Shown: in pieces, positions 1 through 10,031 of the stretch
Layout of the letters: every line of letters starts with the position of its first letter
How positions within the stretch are numbered: the first letter of the stretch is position 1
Assembly: GCA_047601445.1 (NCBI GenBank)
Contig: JASGJH010000001.1
Location: 3,808,001 to 3,872,000 of the forward strand
Source: Myxococcales bacterium
Lineage (GTDB): Bacteria > Myxococcota_A > Polyangia > Polyangiales > DASUME01
Direction of reading: 5' to 3'
Length of the DNA stretch: 64,000 nt
Translations under genes and position numbers: made by a program
Notes under the pieces: generated by a model
The model's database searches: none
What the model was told of the DNA's origin: nothing
What the model saw: the letters and a program-made list of their open reading frames with translations, nothing else

Positions 1-1
1 G

Positions 2-1723
2 ACCTCCGCCGCGGACTGCGAGGCAACCTTCAAGGACCTGCTCAACAACGGCCAGATCAACGGCCCGTACATCTTCGAGGGCAGCCTCCAGCTCCTCGCG
101 CGAGCGGCCCATGCCTTGAACGACACGGACGTGCTCGTCGAGATCGACCCCGCCGGCGTCGACGCCTGCACCGCGCGCATCAAGGCCGAGAAGTGCGCCA
201 AGGATGCGGACGACGAGACCGTCTGTACCCCTGGGAAGCTCTACGAGTACGACGACAGCTGCTCATTGCGCAAGATGCTCAAGGGCCTGGAGCGCGAGGG
301 CGACCCCTGCGAGCCGGGCGAGATCAACGAGTGTGGCGCCGGTCTGGTCTGCCGTGACACGTCCTCCGATGAGACCAGCGGTCAGTCCGGCATCTGCAGC
401 GCCAAGGCCAGCGCGGGCGATCGCTGCGTGAACAACGACGACTGCGACGATCTCTTCTGCGAGAGCGCCAGCGGTACGTGCAAGGCGCGCGCGAAGGAGG
501 GCGAGGCATGCAGCTACATCGACCCCACGTTCACGAAGATCGGCGCCTACAGCTACCTGGGTCAGCTCCAGGGCGATAGTTTCACCAACCTCGACTGCGA
601 GCAGGGCCTCACCTGCAACCCGAGCACCAACAAGTGCGTGAAGGGTTACTGTGCCGAGGGTTCCTTCTGCGACAACAACTCGCAGTGTCCGACTGGCTTG
701 GTCTGCAGCCGACTGGCGAACGATGCGCTGAACCAGTGGGTTCAGAACGATTTCGTGGGCCTGTGCGCGCCAGGTCGCGCCCAGGATGCCACCTGCGTCG
801 AGCGCGGCATCATCAACGGTCGCCATGACAACGACTGCGCGAGCAACCAGTGCGCCGATCCGGACGCGAACGATCAGACCACCTGCCAGCCCGCGCTGGT
901 GGCCGACGGTCAAGCGTGCGACGACGGTGCCGACTGCCTGAGCGGTCACTGCGGCAGCGCCAACACCTGCGCGCCCAAGTGCGACCTCTACTGCGACTCT
1001 GCCGACTGTCTCAAGTGCGCCGCCGGTAGCTTCTGCAACTACGGAGGCAACGGCTACTGGTGCGAGCCCCTGATCGCCACCTCCAGCCCTTGCAACTCCT
1101 ACGACCAACTCAGCTGCGCGAGCGGCTTCTGCAGCGATGATACCGACCTGTGCACTGCCAAGAGCACCAACGGCACCTGCCCCTCGGGTCTCCCCGAACA
1201 GTGCCCGGTCGGTCAGGGCTGCATGCAGGGCAACTGTGTGGCCGGCGCCGCGGTCGGTCAGCCGTGCACCGTGCCCGAGAGCTACAGCTCTGGATGCGTG
1301 GCCGGCGCGTACTGCTGGTGGACCACCCCCGAGCACACTGCCGGCGTCTGCGCGGAGCTCGGCCTCGATCGAGACTCCCTGCGCAAGCTCCCCAATGGCG
1401 CGGAGTGCGAGGGCGCCAACGAATGGTGCGCGAGCGGCGCCTGCATGTACGATGGGACCACCTACGTCTGCCGAGACGCCAGCGAAGGCACCACCTGCAA
1501 TCCGACGAGGGACGCTGGCTGCGGAGATGAGGGGGTATGCGTCCCCGGCGAGACCCCGGTCACCGGCACGTGCAAGAAGGTCCGCAAGACCGGTGAACCC
1601 TGTGATCCCAAGCTCGAGGGCCTCGAGTGCGCCTCGGGCGACTGCGTCGTCGAGCACGAGAGCTTCGTGTGCGCCCCCGGTGGCGAGGGCGAGATCTTCT
1701 GTCACGAGAGCTTCGATCGTTGA
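2..1723 (+). CDS. Cys-rich secreted/lipoprotein, 5'-truncated by window edge; paralog of next gene
   Basis: Frame is open from base 2 (TSAADCEATFKDLLNNGQ...AAHALNDTDVLVE). It matches DCEATLKDLINNGQ...AGHALNDTDVLVE of the next ORF and has dense Cys repeats. Confidence 0.85.
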   Translation, partial: TSAADCEATFKDLLNNGQINGPYIFEGSLQLLARAAHALNDTDVLVEIDPAGVDACTARIKAEKCAKDADDETVCTPGKLYEYDDSCSLRKMLKGLEREGDPCEPGEINECGAGLVCRDTSSDETSGQSGICSAKASAGDRCVNNDDCDDLFCESASGTCKARAKEGEACSYIDPTFTKIGAYSYLGQLQGDSFTNLDCEQGLTCNPSTNKCVKGYCAEGSFCDNNSQCPTGLVCSRLANDALNQWVQNDFVGLCAPGRAQDATCVERGIINGRHDNDCASNQCADPDANDQTTCQPALVADGQACDDGADCLSGHCGSANTCAPKCDLYCDSADCLKCAAGSFCNYGGNGYWCEPLIATSSPCNSYDQLSCASGFCSDDTDLCTAKSTNGTCPSGLPEQCPVGQGCMQGNCVAGAAVGQPCTVPESYSSGCVAGAYCWWTTPEHTAGVCAELGLDRDSLRKLPNGAECEGANEWCASGACMYDGTTYVCRDASEGTTCNPTRDAGCGDEGVCVPGETPVTGTCKKVRKTGEPCDPKLEGLECASGDCVVEHESFVCAPGGEGEIFCHESFDR

Positions 1724-1782
1724 AATGGTTCAGGCGGGCCGAGCAGGCTCTGTACGCATCGAACTGGAAAGGGACCTACGAC

Positions 1783-3813
1783 ATGAAGGGTCAAGGTTGG
1801 TTGGCAGCGGGGCTCGGCCTGTCGCTCGCGATCGGTGGCTGTAGCGGCTCGGACGACGACGAACAGTCGGTCGACGTGAGCGCCGACGCGGGAGTCCAGG
1901 ACTTCAGCGACGACATCAAGGGCCTGCGCGATCAGATCGACGGACTCACCCCGCAGTTCGCAGCGCTCGATGGGCGGCTCGACGCGCTCGAGACGCCGCC
2001 CCCGGCGCACTCATGCAGTACGGGCGAGCTCTGTATTCCGGACGGCATCGCCCTGGCGAGCTCGGCCTTCCAGCCGATCATCACGGCCGTGTGCAAGAAG
2101 ATGACCGACTGCTGCGAGGTGCGAGAGCTCTTCTGGCTCTACGGCAAGGCGATCCAGAACGAGGCCGACTGCGAGGCCACGCTCAAGGACCTGATCAACA
2201 ACGGTCAAGCCAACTACGACTACTACTACCAGGGTGCGCTCGGCAACTACGTGCAGATGGTGGTGGAGGCCGGCCACGCGCTCAACGACACCGACGTGCT
2301 GGTCGAAGTGAACACCGCGAGCGTCACGGCCTGCGCCGCCGAGATCGACGCCGAGGTGTGCTACCGCGATCAGACCTATCCCGAGCGCTGCTCCTACGAG
2401 AGCGACACGAGCCCCTGCGATCTCTCGCAGTTGTTCACGGGCAAGGAGCGCGCAGGTGACACCTGCAACTTCGGCTCCGCCATCCAGGAGTGCGGCGCCG
2501 GTTTGGTGTGTCGCGACGCGAAGGGAACCTCTCCGAACCGGACGCCGCCCCCGCAGTCCGGCCTGTGCGCTGCCAAGGCCGCCGCGGGACAACGCTGCAT
2601 TTCGGACGAGGACTGCGACGACCTCTACTGCGATCATGGGACGGGCACCTGCAAGGTGGCGGCCAAGGAGGGCGAGCCTTGCACCTTCGTGGATCCCACC
2701 TTCCTGGATATCGACATCATCGACGGGGAAGTGCTCGTCGTGCCCCCCACGATCATCGACTGCGAGCAGGGACTCGCTTGCAACCCGGTCACGAACACCT
2801 GCGCGAAGGACCACTGCGCGGCGGGCTCGTGGTGCAGAGGCAACTACGATTGCCCCGCAGGCCATGTGTGCACGAACAGCGGCAGCCAAGTCCTGGCCGA
2901 CGCGTCGGAGAGCCAGGGCTATCTGGGTGTGTGCACGCCTGGGCTGGCCGACGGCGCGACCTGCGCAGTGGACACCTTCAACCGGAACGACTGCGCCAAC
3001 TTCGCCTGCAGCGATCCGGACGACGACGGCACCAACACCTGCCAACCTGCGCCCGTGGCTTGCGACTACGGCTGCTATGGCAGCGATTGCCGGACCTGTG
3101 CCGCCGGTTCCTACTGCCACAACCAGAGCAGCACCTGCGAGCCGCTCATCGAGAATGGCCTGGGCTGCTTCGATGACACCGCTTGCAAGAGCGGCTTCTG
3201 CAACGAGGGAACCTGCGAACCGCGCGTAGCCGCGGGCGGATCCTGCCCCACGGGCTCGAACCAGCAGTGCCCGGACGGCCAGTACTGCAACGATGGCACC
3301 TGTGCCCCGGCGGTGGGCCTGGGCGAGCTGTGCGACCTTCCAGGCAGCGACTCCAACTGCTCGCAAGGCCTGCGCTGTCTCGACGTCGATGGTCCGGACG
3401 GCGCGGGCAGCGTCTATCGCTGCTACACGTTCCACAAGAACCGCAACGAGTATGCAAACCTGCCGGATGGCGTGTACTGCGCGGATGTGGACTACGACCA
3501 CTGGTGCACGAGCGGCTTCTGCCGCAAGGACGGCACCAACTACGCCTGCGCCGCCACGCTCGGCGCCGGCGCTGAGTGCGTCCCCACCAACCAGGACACC
3601 TATCGCTGCTCCAGCGACCTCGGCTGCATCGTGAACCAGGCCAGTACCCTGGGTGGCTACTGCGGTCAGTGGAAGCTGCCCGGCGAGGTCTGCGACCCGG
3701 ACCTCAACGAGTGCCGGGGCAATGAGTACTACTGCCAGCTCCACGGGGATAACTGGCTGTGTAGCCCGTACAGCGGCAGCGAAGAGTTCTGCATTCCCAT
3801 AGGCGGAGGCTGA
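1783..3813 (+). CDS. Cys-rich lipoprotein with Dickkopf-like Cys repeats
   Basis: ATG 1783; signal and lipobox MKGQGWLAAGLGLSLAIGG-C; short coiled coil; CxxxxxCC motif; many Cys repeats. Confidence 0.85.
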   Translation: MKGQGWLAAGLGLSLAIGGCSGSDDDEQSVDVSADAGVQDFSDDIKGLRDQIDGLTPQFAALDGRLDALETPPPAHSCSTGELCIPDGIALASSAFQPIITAVCKKMTDCCEVRELFWLYGKAIQNEADCEATLKDLINNGQANYDYYYQGALGNYVQMVVEAGHALNDTDVLVEVNTASVTACAAEIDAEVCYRDQTYPERCSYESDTSPCDLSQLFTGKERAGDTCNFGSAIQECGAGLVCRDAKGTSPNRTPPPQSGLCAAKAAAGQRCISDEDCDDLYCDHGTGTCKVAAKEGEPCTFVDPTFLDIDIIDGEVLVVPPTIIDCEQGLACNPVTNTCAKDHCAAGSWCRGNYDCPAGHVCTNSGSQVLADASESQGYLGVCTPGLADGATCAVDTFNRNDCANFACSDPDDDGTNTCQPAPVACDYGCYGSDCRTCAAGSYCHNQSSTCEPLIENGLGCFDDTACKSGFCNEGTCEPRVAAGGSCPTGSNQQCPDGQYCNDGTCAPAVGLGELCDLPGSDSNCSQGLRCLDVDGPDGAGSVYRCYTFHKNRNEYANLPDGVYCADVDYDHWCTSGFCRKDGTNYACAATLGAGAECVPTNQDTYRCSSDLGCIVNQASTLGGYCGQWKLPGEVCDPDLNECRGNEYYCQLHGDNWLCSPYSGSEEFCIPIGGG

Positions 3814-3857
3814 GCTAGGCCAGCCGCTTCACCCGAAGCGGGTCATGGGCCTAGCTC
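3812..3857 (+). terminator. Stem-loop after the Cys-rich gene pair
   Basis: GAGCTAGGCC (3812-3821) pairs with GGCCTAGCTC (3848-3857); inner CCGCTTC/GAAGCGG stem; no U-tract. Confidence 0.5.
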
Positions 3858-3917
3858 TGGCCAGCGCGGGCAACCTTCTGGTACCCTGCGGTCAATCCCG
3901 ACCTCCACCAAACCAGG

Positions 3918-5318
3918 GTGCAGAAGCAGTTGTCCAACCAGCGAGCCATCGTCGTAGGCGCAAGCATGGTGGGCATGGCGGTGGCGCGAGCTCTCAGCGA
4001 GCGCTTCCACGAAGTCATTCTCATCGAGCGAGACGTGCTGCCCAAGGATGCCCCCGAGCATCGCCGCGGCGTCCCGCAAAGCCTCCACATCCACAACCTG
4101 ATGCTGCGTGGACAGCAGGAGCTGGAGGAGCTCTTCCCGGGCTACTTCGACGAGGCCGTGCGCCTAGGCGCCACGCGCATCGATCACGGGCGCGACGTGG
4201 CACGCTGTACGGACCTCGGGTTCTGCCCGCTGTTCGCGACCGGCTACGAGTCGCTCTCGGCCTCGCGCGCCCTCTTCGAGTTCGCCCAGCGCCAACGCTT
4301 TCGCGCGCTGTGCCCCAACGTCGTCTGCCTCGAGGGGACACGCGTCGAGAAGCTCTTGCTCGAGGGCAGCGGTGAGCAGCGCCGCGTGGTGGGCGTGAGC
4401 ACCGACCATCCGAGCCAGCGCGAGGTCCGTGCCGAGCTGGTGGTGGACTGCTCCGGGCGCAGCTTCCTCTGGAAGAAGTGGTTCGCAGACCTAGGCATCC
4501 CGCTTCCCAAGGAGACCGTCGTCGACTCTCGCTGCGGCTACGCTTCGCGCTTCTATCAGCGCAAGCGGCCGCACACCGAGAACGGCGTGAACGCCATGAT
4601 GGTCGACCCGCTCTATCCCCACCGACCCCAATGGGGCGTGATCGTCCCCATCGAGAAGGACCAGTGGCTCGTAACGCTGGGCGGCTTCAACGAGATGTAT
4701 CCGCCCAACGACGAAGAGGGCTTCGCGCGCTTCGGCGAGACGCTGCAGACCCCGCTGTTCTCCAAGTGGCTGGCAGAGGCCGAGCCGGTGGGCCCCGTGC
4801 GCAACATGCGCCGGCTCGAGAAGCGCTGGAATCACTTCGAGGAGCAGTCACGGCCGCTCGCGGGCTTCTTGGCCGTGGGTGACTCGGCCTGGGCCTTCAA
4901 CCCTCTGTACGGTCAGGGGATGTCCATCGGCATCACCTGCGCGCGCATTCTGCGCGACGTGCTGCGCTCCAACGCGAACGTCGAAGGCTTGCCGCGCCGC
5001 TACTACCGCGCTGCCAAATCCTTCGCGCAACCGCCCTGGCGCGCCGCCGCCCTGCTCGACTTCGCTTGGCCGAAGACGGCCGGTGACCGTCCGTTCTATG
5101 CCGGACTCGCGCAGAAGGTCGGGCACAGCCTCTTGCGCGCAGCCCAGTTCGACAACCACCTGTTCTTGATGCTGCTGCGCGGCGCGCACCTGCTGGCGAA
5201 GCCCCACGAGATCATGACGCCCCGCGTGGCCATCGCGCTGTTGCGCTACTGGACGCTGCGCCTCACTCGCGCACTGCCTCCGAGCGACCTGCTGCGCTTG
5301 CCCGAACGCACGCGCTGA
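3918..5318 (+). CDS. FAD-dependent oxidoreductase/monooxygenase (LasC-epoxidase-like family)
   Basis: AIVVGASMVG FAD motif, LIERD, RRGVPQ, VVDCSGR, GD..AFNPLYGQGMS. Confidence 0.85.
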   Translation: MQKQLSNQRAIVVGASMVGMAVARALSERFHEVILIERDVLPKDAPEHRRGVPQSLHIHNLMLRGQQELEELFPGYFDEAVRLGATRIDHGRDVARCTDLGFCPLFATGYESLSASRALFEFAQRQRFRALCPNVVCLEGTRVEKLLLEGSGEQRRVVGVSTDHPSQREVRAELVVDCSGRSFLWKKWFADLGIPLPKETVVDSRCGYASRFYQRKRPHTENGVNAMMVDPLYPHRPQWGVIVPIEKDQWLVTLGGFNEMYPPNDEEGFARFGETLQTPLFSKWLAEAEPVGPVRNMRRLEKRWNHFEEQSRPLAGFLAVGDSAWAFNPLYGQGMSIGITCARILRDVLRSNANVEGLPRRYYRAAKSFAQPPWRAAALLDFAWPKTAGDRPFYAGLAQKVGHSLLRAAQFDNHLFLMLLRGAHLLAKPHEIMTPRVAIALLRYWTLRLTRALPPSDLLRLPERTR

Positions 5319-5553
5319 TCGGGCCACGAAGCAGCGCACCAAGGTGGTCCACGATGACCGCATCTTGGGCTCGTTCGCTCGCGCATGGCGCTTCTCACCG
5401 ACGTGGTCGCGGTGCGTCCAAGCTCGCGCACACCCCGTGATAGCGCGCGCCCACGGCGGCACAGCGCGCGCAACGTGGTAGTGTGAGCAGACGCTCCGAA
5501 CTTGATTTCACGAGTCGAGATGCATCCCTGCTCTCTGCTTCAGTGCCCTCGAT

Positions 5554-7329
5554 GTGGACAGAGCCAACGAGGTCCTCGGACGCATGGACAACGAGGAACA
5601 TCAGCGCACCCACCGGGAGCGCAGGCAGACCGCCCTCACGTTGCTCGCTGCGGGCACGGTGCTGGTGACGCTCGCCCTGCTCGTCTCGTTCATGTTGCGC
5701 CCCGAATCCTTGACCCCTCACGTGCCTTACCTCGGTACGCTGGTGAGTCACGTGGTGGCCCTGCTCCTGATCGCGAAGAGCCGGCTTCGCGCGGGAATCT
5801 GCTTCTTCACGGCCTCCTATCTGGGTGTCATCGGTGGTGAGATCGCGCGTTCGGGAGTGTGCGCACCGCTAGCCTACGTGGCCCTGCCCATCGTGAGCTT
5901 CGTAGGTCTCACCTGGAGCGGCCGCGCGGCTGCCGTGGTGGCCACCGCCAGCTCGGCGATGCTGCTGGCGGGTGCGCTGCTGCAGAACGCGGAGAGCCTT
6001 CCCGCGCCCACGCCGCAGGCGCCGCTGCTGGTGTGGCTGACTGCCACGGTTTGTTTGCTGATCACGGCGACGATGATCTGGGTCGGCCTGGGCATCCTGA
6101 ATCGCTCGCGGGCCGAGGCTGCGGCCCACGAGCGCGCGCGGCGCCATCTGGAGCAACGCCTCGGCGAGGCACAACGTCTCGATTCGGTAGGACGCCTGGC
6201 GGCTGGCGTGGCCCATGACTTCAACAACCTGCTCACGGTGGTGTTCTCGGAGGCCAGCCGCTTGGCGGCCACGCACGCGGGCGCGCGCGCGGGTGCGGAG
6301 AACATCTTGTCCGCCGCCGAGCGCGCCGCGGCCCTGACGCGCAAGCTCCTGACCTTCGGACGGCGCAGGGAGGGGCAAGCGTCCACGTTCGACCTCAACG
6401 AGACCATCCGCGAGCTCCACAATCTGCTCGGCAAGTTCCTGGGCGAAGGCGTGCAGTTCAACCTCGAGCTCGGCCCCGAGCCGCTCTGGGTGCGCGCCGA
6501 CCGCGTGGAGATCGAACAGATCCTGCTCAATCTCGTCACCAACGCGCGCGATGCCATGCCCCGCGGAGGTTCGCTCACCGTGCGCACCGGACGCGCGACG
6601 CGGATTCAACTCGAACATGCCATCCCCCTCTGGAGGGGCAGCTCCGACGCCGTCGCCCTCAGCGTCATCGACACCGGCCTCGGCATGGATCGCGACGTGA
6701 TGCGGCACCTATTCGAGCCCTTCTTCACCACCAAGGAACTCGGCAAGGGCTCGGGCCTCGGGCTCTCCACCGTGCGCCACATCGTGAGTAGCTTGCACGG
6801 AAGCATGCTGGTGGACAGCGCGCCCGGCTACGGCTCGACCTTCACGGTGCTCCTCCCGCTGACGCAGGAGAGTGCGACGGGGCATCCGTTGGAGAGCGTG
6901 CCCCCCGACCGCACCTACGAAGTCCGCGGCGCGCGCATCTTGGTGGTCGACGACGACGATCAAGTCCGTGAGTCCGTGGCCACCGCGCTGCGCTCCGCAG
7001 GCTACGTGGTCGAGGTCGCGCGCTCCGGTGAAGAGGGCTTGACGTTGGTGGAGCGGTCGTCGCAGGGCTTCGATTTGTTGGTGACCGACGTGGTGATGGC
7101 GGGCATGCACGGTCCGGAGCTCGCGAGCCGGGTGCGTCGACTGCGGCCGGAGCAATCCGTGCTGTTCATGTCGGGCTACGAGGAGGAGCGCTTGAGCGAC
7201 GAGCGCCGTGCCATCGAGCAGGCCGAATTCATCTCCAAACCATTTCGCACACCGCAGCTCTTGACCAGTGTTCGCGGCCTGCTGCGGGCGCGACGCCAGC
7301 GTGGGTCTTCGCACTCTCAGGGTAACTAG
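5554..7329 (+). CDS. Membrane hybrid sensor histidine kinase (TM-HisKA-HATPase-REC)
   Basis: N-terminal hydrophobic helices; AHDFNNLL H-box; NARDAM; DTGLGM; FEPFFTTK..GKGSGLGL; C-terminal receiver. Confidence 0.92.
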   Translation: MDRANEVLGRMDNEEHQRTHRERRQTALTLLAAGTVLVTLALLVSFMLRPESLTPHVPYLGTLVSHVVALLLIAKSRLRAGICFFTASYLGVIGGEIARSGVCAPLAYVALPIVSFVGLTWSGRAAAVVATASSAMLLAGALLQNAESLPAPTPQAPLLVWLTATVCLLITATMIWVGLGILNRSRAEAAAHERARRHLEQRLGEAQRLDSVGRLAAGVAHDFNNLLTVVFSEASRLAATHAGARAGAENILSAAERAAALTRKLLTFGRRREGQASTFDLNETIRELHNLLGKFLGEGVQFNLELGPEPLWVRADRVEIEQILLNLVTNARDAMPRGGSLTVRTGRATRIQLEHAIPLWRGSSDAVALSVIDTGLGMDRDVMRHLFEPFFTTKELGKGSGLGLSTVRHIVSSLHGSMLVDSAPGYGSTFTVLLPLTQESATGHPLESVPPDRTYEVRGARILVVDDDDQVRESVATALRSAGYVVEVARSGEEGLTLVERSSQGFDLLVTDVVMAGMHGPELASRVRRLRPEQSVLFMSGYEEERLSDERRAIEQAEFISKPFRTPQLLTSVRGLLRARRQRGSSHSQGN

Positions 7330-7496
7330 GGGTTATCGAAAGCGGGTACTCCGGGTGCATTCCGGTGACGATTCTGCGGCAAAGTGGGAAGTAGTGGCGA
7401 ATGGGCCCGATCTCGTGCAACCCAGAAAGAGGCTCGTGACGTCTTGCTTGAACGACAGTTTCGTTCCTTATCACCTTTGGGATCGGAGGCCTGCCC

Positions 7497-7877
7497 ATGG
7501 CTGCCCTAGCTCGCAAGATTCTGGTGGTTGACGACTCGAAACCCTTGCGCGATCTGATGGTGGCGCTCCTGACCGAGGACGGTTACGACGTGACTGCCGT
7601 CGAAAATGGAGCGCAGGCCCTGCACGTGCTTTCGGCACCGCTGCCTCAGCCGGATCTGATCCTGCTCGACCTCGAGATGCCCGTGATGGGCGGCGAAGAG
7701 TTCCTGCAGTCCGCGAGTGAAAACGATCATCTCAGCAGCATGCGCGTGGTGGTCGTCTCCTCGAACACGCTTCAGGAGCCCACGCCCATCCGTCCCCTCG
7801 CGCGACTTGCCAAGCCCTTCACCGCCCAAGCCTTGCTTCGCGTCGTGGAGGAGTACTCGCTGCCGCGCGCGGTGTGA
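7497..7877 (+). CDS. Single-domain response regulator
   Basis: KILVVDD, LILLDLEMP, KPF motifs; GGAGG RBS. Confidence 0.9.
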   Translation: MAALARKILVVDDSKPLRDLMVALLTEDGYDVTAVENGAQALHVLSAPLPQPDLILLDLEMPVMGGEEFLQSASENDHLSSMRVVVVSSNTLQEPTPIRPLARLAKPFTAQALLRVVEEYSLPRAV

Positions 7878-7890
7878 CGCAGGGATCCCC

Positions 7891-8652
7891 CTAGCGCACC
7901 GCCACCACGAACAAGCGAGGGAACGAGAACAGCCGCTTGCCGTCGCTCCGCGCAGGGTACGCGAGCTCGATGGCCTCACGATAGCCGCGCAGGTATTCGT
8001 CGCGCTCGTCGGCTGTGAGCGTGTCGAGGTAAGGCCGGAGGCCCGTCCCCTTGACCCACTCCACGATGGCAGCCGCATCCGGCATCACGTGCTCGTAGGT
8101 GGTCTGCCAAATGTCGAGGTGCTGCACGCGAGGCGCCAGCAGGTCGTAGTAGTAGGCGGGCGTGCCCACGCGCGGTTCCGTTCGCAGCGCGGCCGTGCGG
8201 GCCGACCAGGGCCCCTTCACCTCACGCATGGCGCGGTGGCTCGGTTCGTCGAAGTTGTTGGGCACCTGAAAGGCTAGCGCTCCGCCCGGCACCAGGGCAT
8301 CCACGAGCGCAGGCACGAACTCGTGATGATTGGGCACCCATTGAAACACCGCATTGGCGAACAGCAAATCCACCGGCCGCTCCGGGCGATAGTCGAAGAC
8401 GTCGGCCTCCACGAAGCTCACGTCGGGTAGCTCGTCGCGCGCACGAGCGAGCATCTCCGGGGAGTTGTCCACGCCGGTTACCTCGGCGAAGGGCCAGCGC
8501 TCGCACAGGAGCTCGGTGGAATTGCCCGGCCCGCAGCCGAGATCGAGCACGCGATGGGGCTTCTCCAAAAAGACCCGCGACAGGAGCTCGCGCGCCGGGC
8601 GCGTGCGTTCATCGGCGAACAGGAGGTATTGGCGGTCGTCCCACTGTGTCAT
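7891..8652 (-). CDS. tam: trans-aconitate 2-methyltransferase
   Basis: YLLFADERTRPARELL, DLGCGPGNSTELL, GTGLRPYL, FPRLFVVA. Confidence 0.92.
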   Translation of the reverse strand: MTQWDDRQYLLFADERTRPARELLSRVFLEKPHRVLDLGCGPGNSTELLCERWPFAEVTGVDNSPEMLARARDELPDVSFVEADVFDYRPERPVDLLFANAVFQWVPNHHEFVPALVDALVPGGALAFQVPNNFDEPSHRAMREVKGPWSARTAALRTEPRVGTPAYYYDLLAPRVQHLDIWQTTYEHVMPDAAAIVEWVKGTGLRPYLDTLTADERDEYLRGYREAIELAYPARSDGKRLFSFPRLFVVAVR

Positions 8653-8706
8653 GGCCCGCTACATACAAGAGGCCCGGGGGAGAGCAACTAGAGCAACGCG
8701 ACGAGA

Positions 8707-9912
8707 TCACCAGGTGGTCTTGAGGTGCTCATAGAGGAGATCTCCCCATTCCGTGCGAGGAAAGTCGTAGCCGCTGGACGCGCTGAGACCGCAGCCGTCC
8801 GGAGCCGTATTTTGCAGCAAGCTGGGCGGACAGTTGTGGTGGAAGGCCCAGGCGATGTGGGGAATCTCGTGCTCCTGCGCCAGCTGCCAGAGCGCACGAA
8901 TGTCGGACTCGTCCATCAGGTCCGTAAGCCCATATTCGCCGATCACGAGTGGTAACGTGGCGCTCGGCTTCGCCAGCAGCGCGTCCAAGTCGCTGGCGCG
9001 ATTGTAGGGGTGCACCTCGTAGGCGATTTGGTCTCCGGCCAGCGGATGCGCGACGAAGTAATCAAGGTCGCGCGCCCATCCTCCTGGTGCTTGCACCACC
9101 ACCACGTGATGCGGCACGCCGTGCTTGTCTTCCACCGCACGGATGGTGGTGATGGCGCGCGCGTAGGCACTCGCTAGCTCGGCCGCATGTTCGGGGCTCG
9201 TGTGGGGCTCGTTGGTGAGGCCGAACAGCACCTTCGGATCATCGTGGAAGGCCTCGGCCAGCGCCGCGTAGCGCGTGTTGGTGTCGCCCATGGAGAACGG
9301 CCATTCGCTGTCGTAGTCGCCGTTGTTGGGCTTCATGGTGGGGTCCATGAACAGCGTGACCAGCACGTACACTCCAGGCTTCTGGGTCATGTGCCGCACG
9401 TTCTGCACGATGGCCGCGAGGTAGGCCGGATCGTCGACCAGGTTGTTCCACTGCAGCTCGTACTGGTTGTACGGAGCGCTCTTCGACGAGAGGACGAAGC
9501 GGATGAAGTTGGCGTGCCAGCCGTCGATCAGCTCGTCGGCCCAACGGTCGATACCCGCGGGATCTGGCGGCGCGAAGGAACACGCGCCGCACGAGCGCAC
9601 GTCGTTGAGGTTGGCCCCACGACCATGGAAGGGAGCACCGTCCAGGAGGATGCGATTACCTTGTACGACCAAGCGGCTCGCCGTGGTTTCTGCGTCGTGT
9701 CCAGCTCTGTCTCCCGGCCCCGCATCGTCCCCGAGCAGCGGCTTCCCCGGCCCGGAATCGCTCGAAATGGGCCGATTTCCGGCGTCGTCCAGGGTCTCCG
9801 AGTCACCGTCTCCGGCCATCACCGGGTCGAGATCCGAGCCTGAAATGATGGTGCCGGGGCCACACGCCATCAGGCCGAACCAAGACACGAGAAGCCAACT
9901 GCGTCCGAACAT
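8707..9912 (-). CDS. Glycoside hydrolase family 5 (cellulase-like) lipoprotein
   Basis: Lipobox LMA-C; NEP acid/base; HPY; IGEYG nucleophile; WAF. Confidence 0.8.
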   Translation of the reverse strand: MFGRSWLLVSWFGLMACGPGTIISGSDLDPVMAGDGDSETLDDAGNRPISSDSGPGKPLLGDDAGPGDRAGHDAETTASRLVVQGNRILLDGAPFHGRGANLNDVRSCGACSFAPPDPAGIDRWADELIDGWHANFIRFVLSSKSAPYNQYELQWNNLVDDPAYLAAIVQNVRHMTQKPGVYVLVTLFMDPTMKPNNGDYDSEWPFSMGDTNTRYAALAEAFHDDPKVLFGLTNEPHTSPEHAAELASAYARAITTIRAVEDKHGVPHHVVVVQAPGGWARDLDYFVAHPLAGDQIAYEVHPYNRASDLDALLAKPSATLPLVIGEYGLTDLMDESDIRALWQLAQEHEIPHIAWAFHHNCPPSLLQNTAPDGCGLSASSGYDFPRTEWGDLLYEHLKTTW

Positions 9913-10031
9913 GCCCGAACCTAGCCCAGGTAACCTTCTCCTCGAAAGTTCGAAGTGCCGTCACCATGCGCTCGTATGAGGAGATGTCCGATGGTCTGCG
10001 TCGATGCGAGCTGCGCCCTGGCGCCGAATGA

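Noticed and set aside
263..3744. Long antisense ORFs (263-1705, 2011-3744, and similar ones such as 21214-23085, 28333-30342, 46730-48289)
   Set aside because: These are shadow ORFs expected opposite real genes in high-GC DNA and carry no recognisable motifs.
5457..5472. sigma54-like CGGCACAGCGCGCGCA before the hybrid kinase
   Set aside because: It lacks the -12 TTGC and is likely a chance match in GC-rich DNA.
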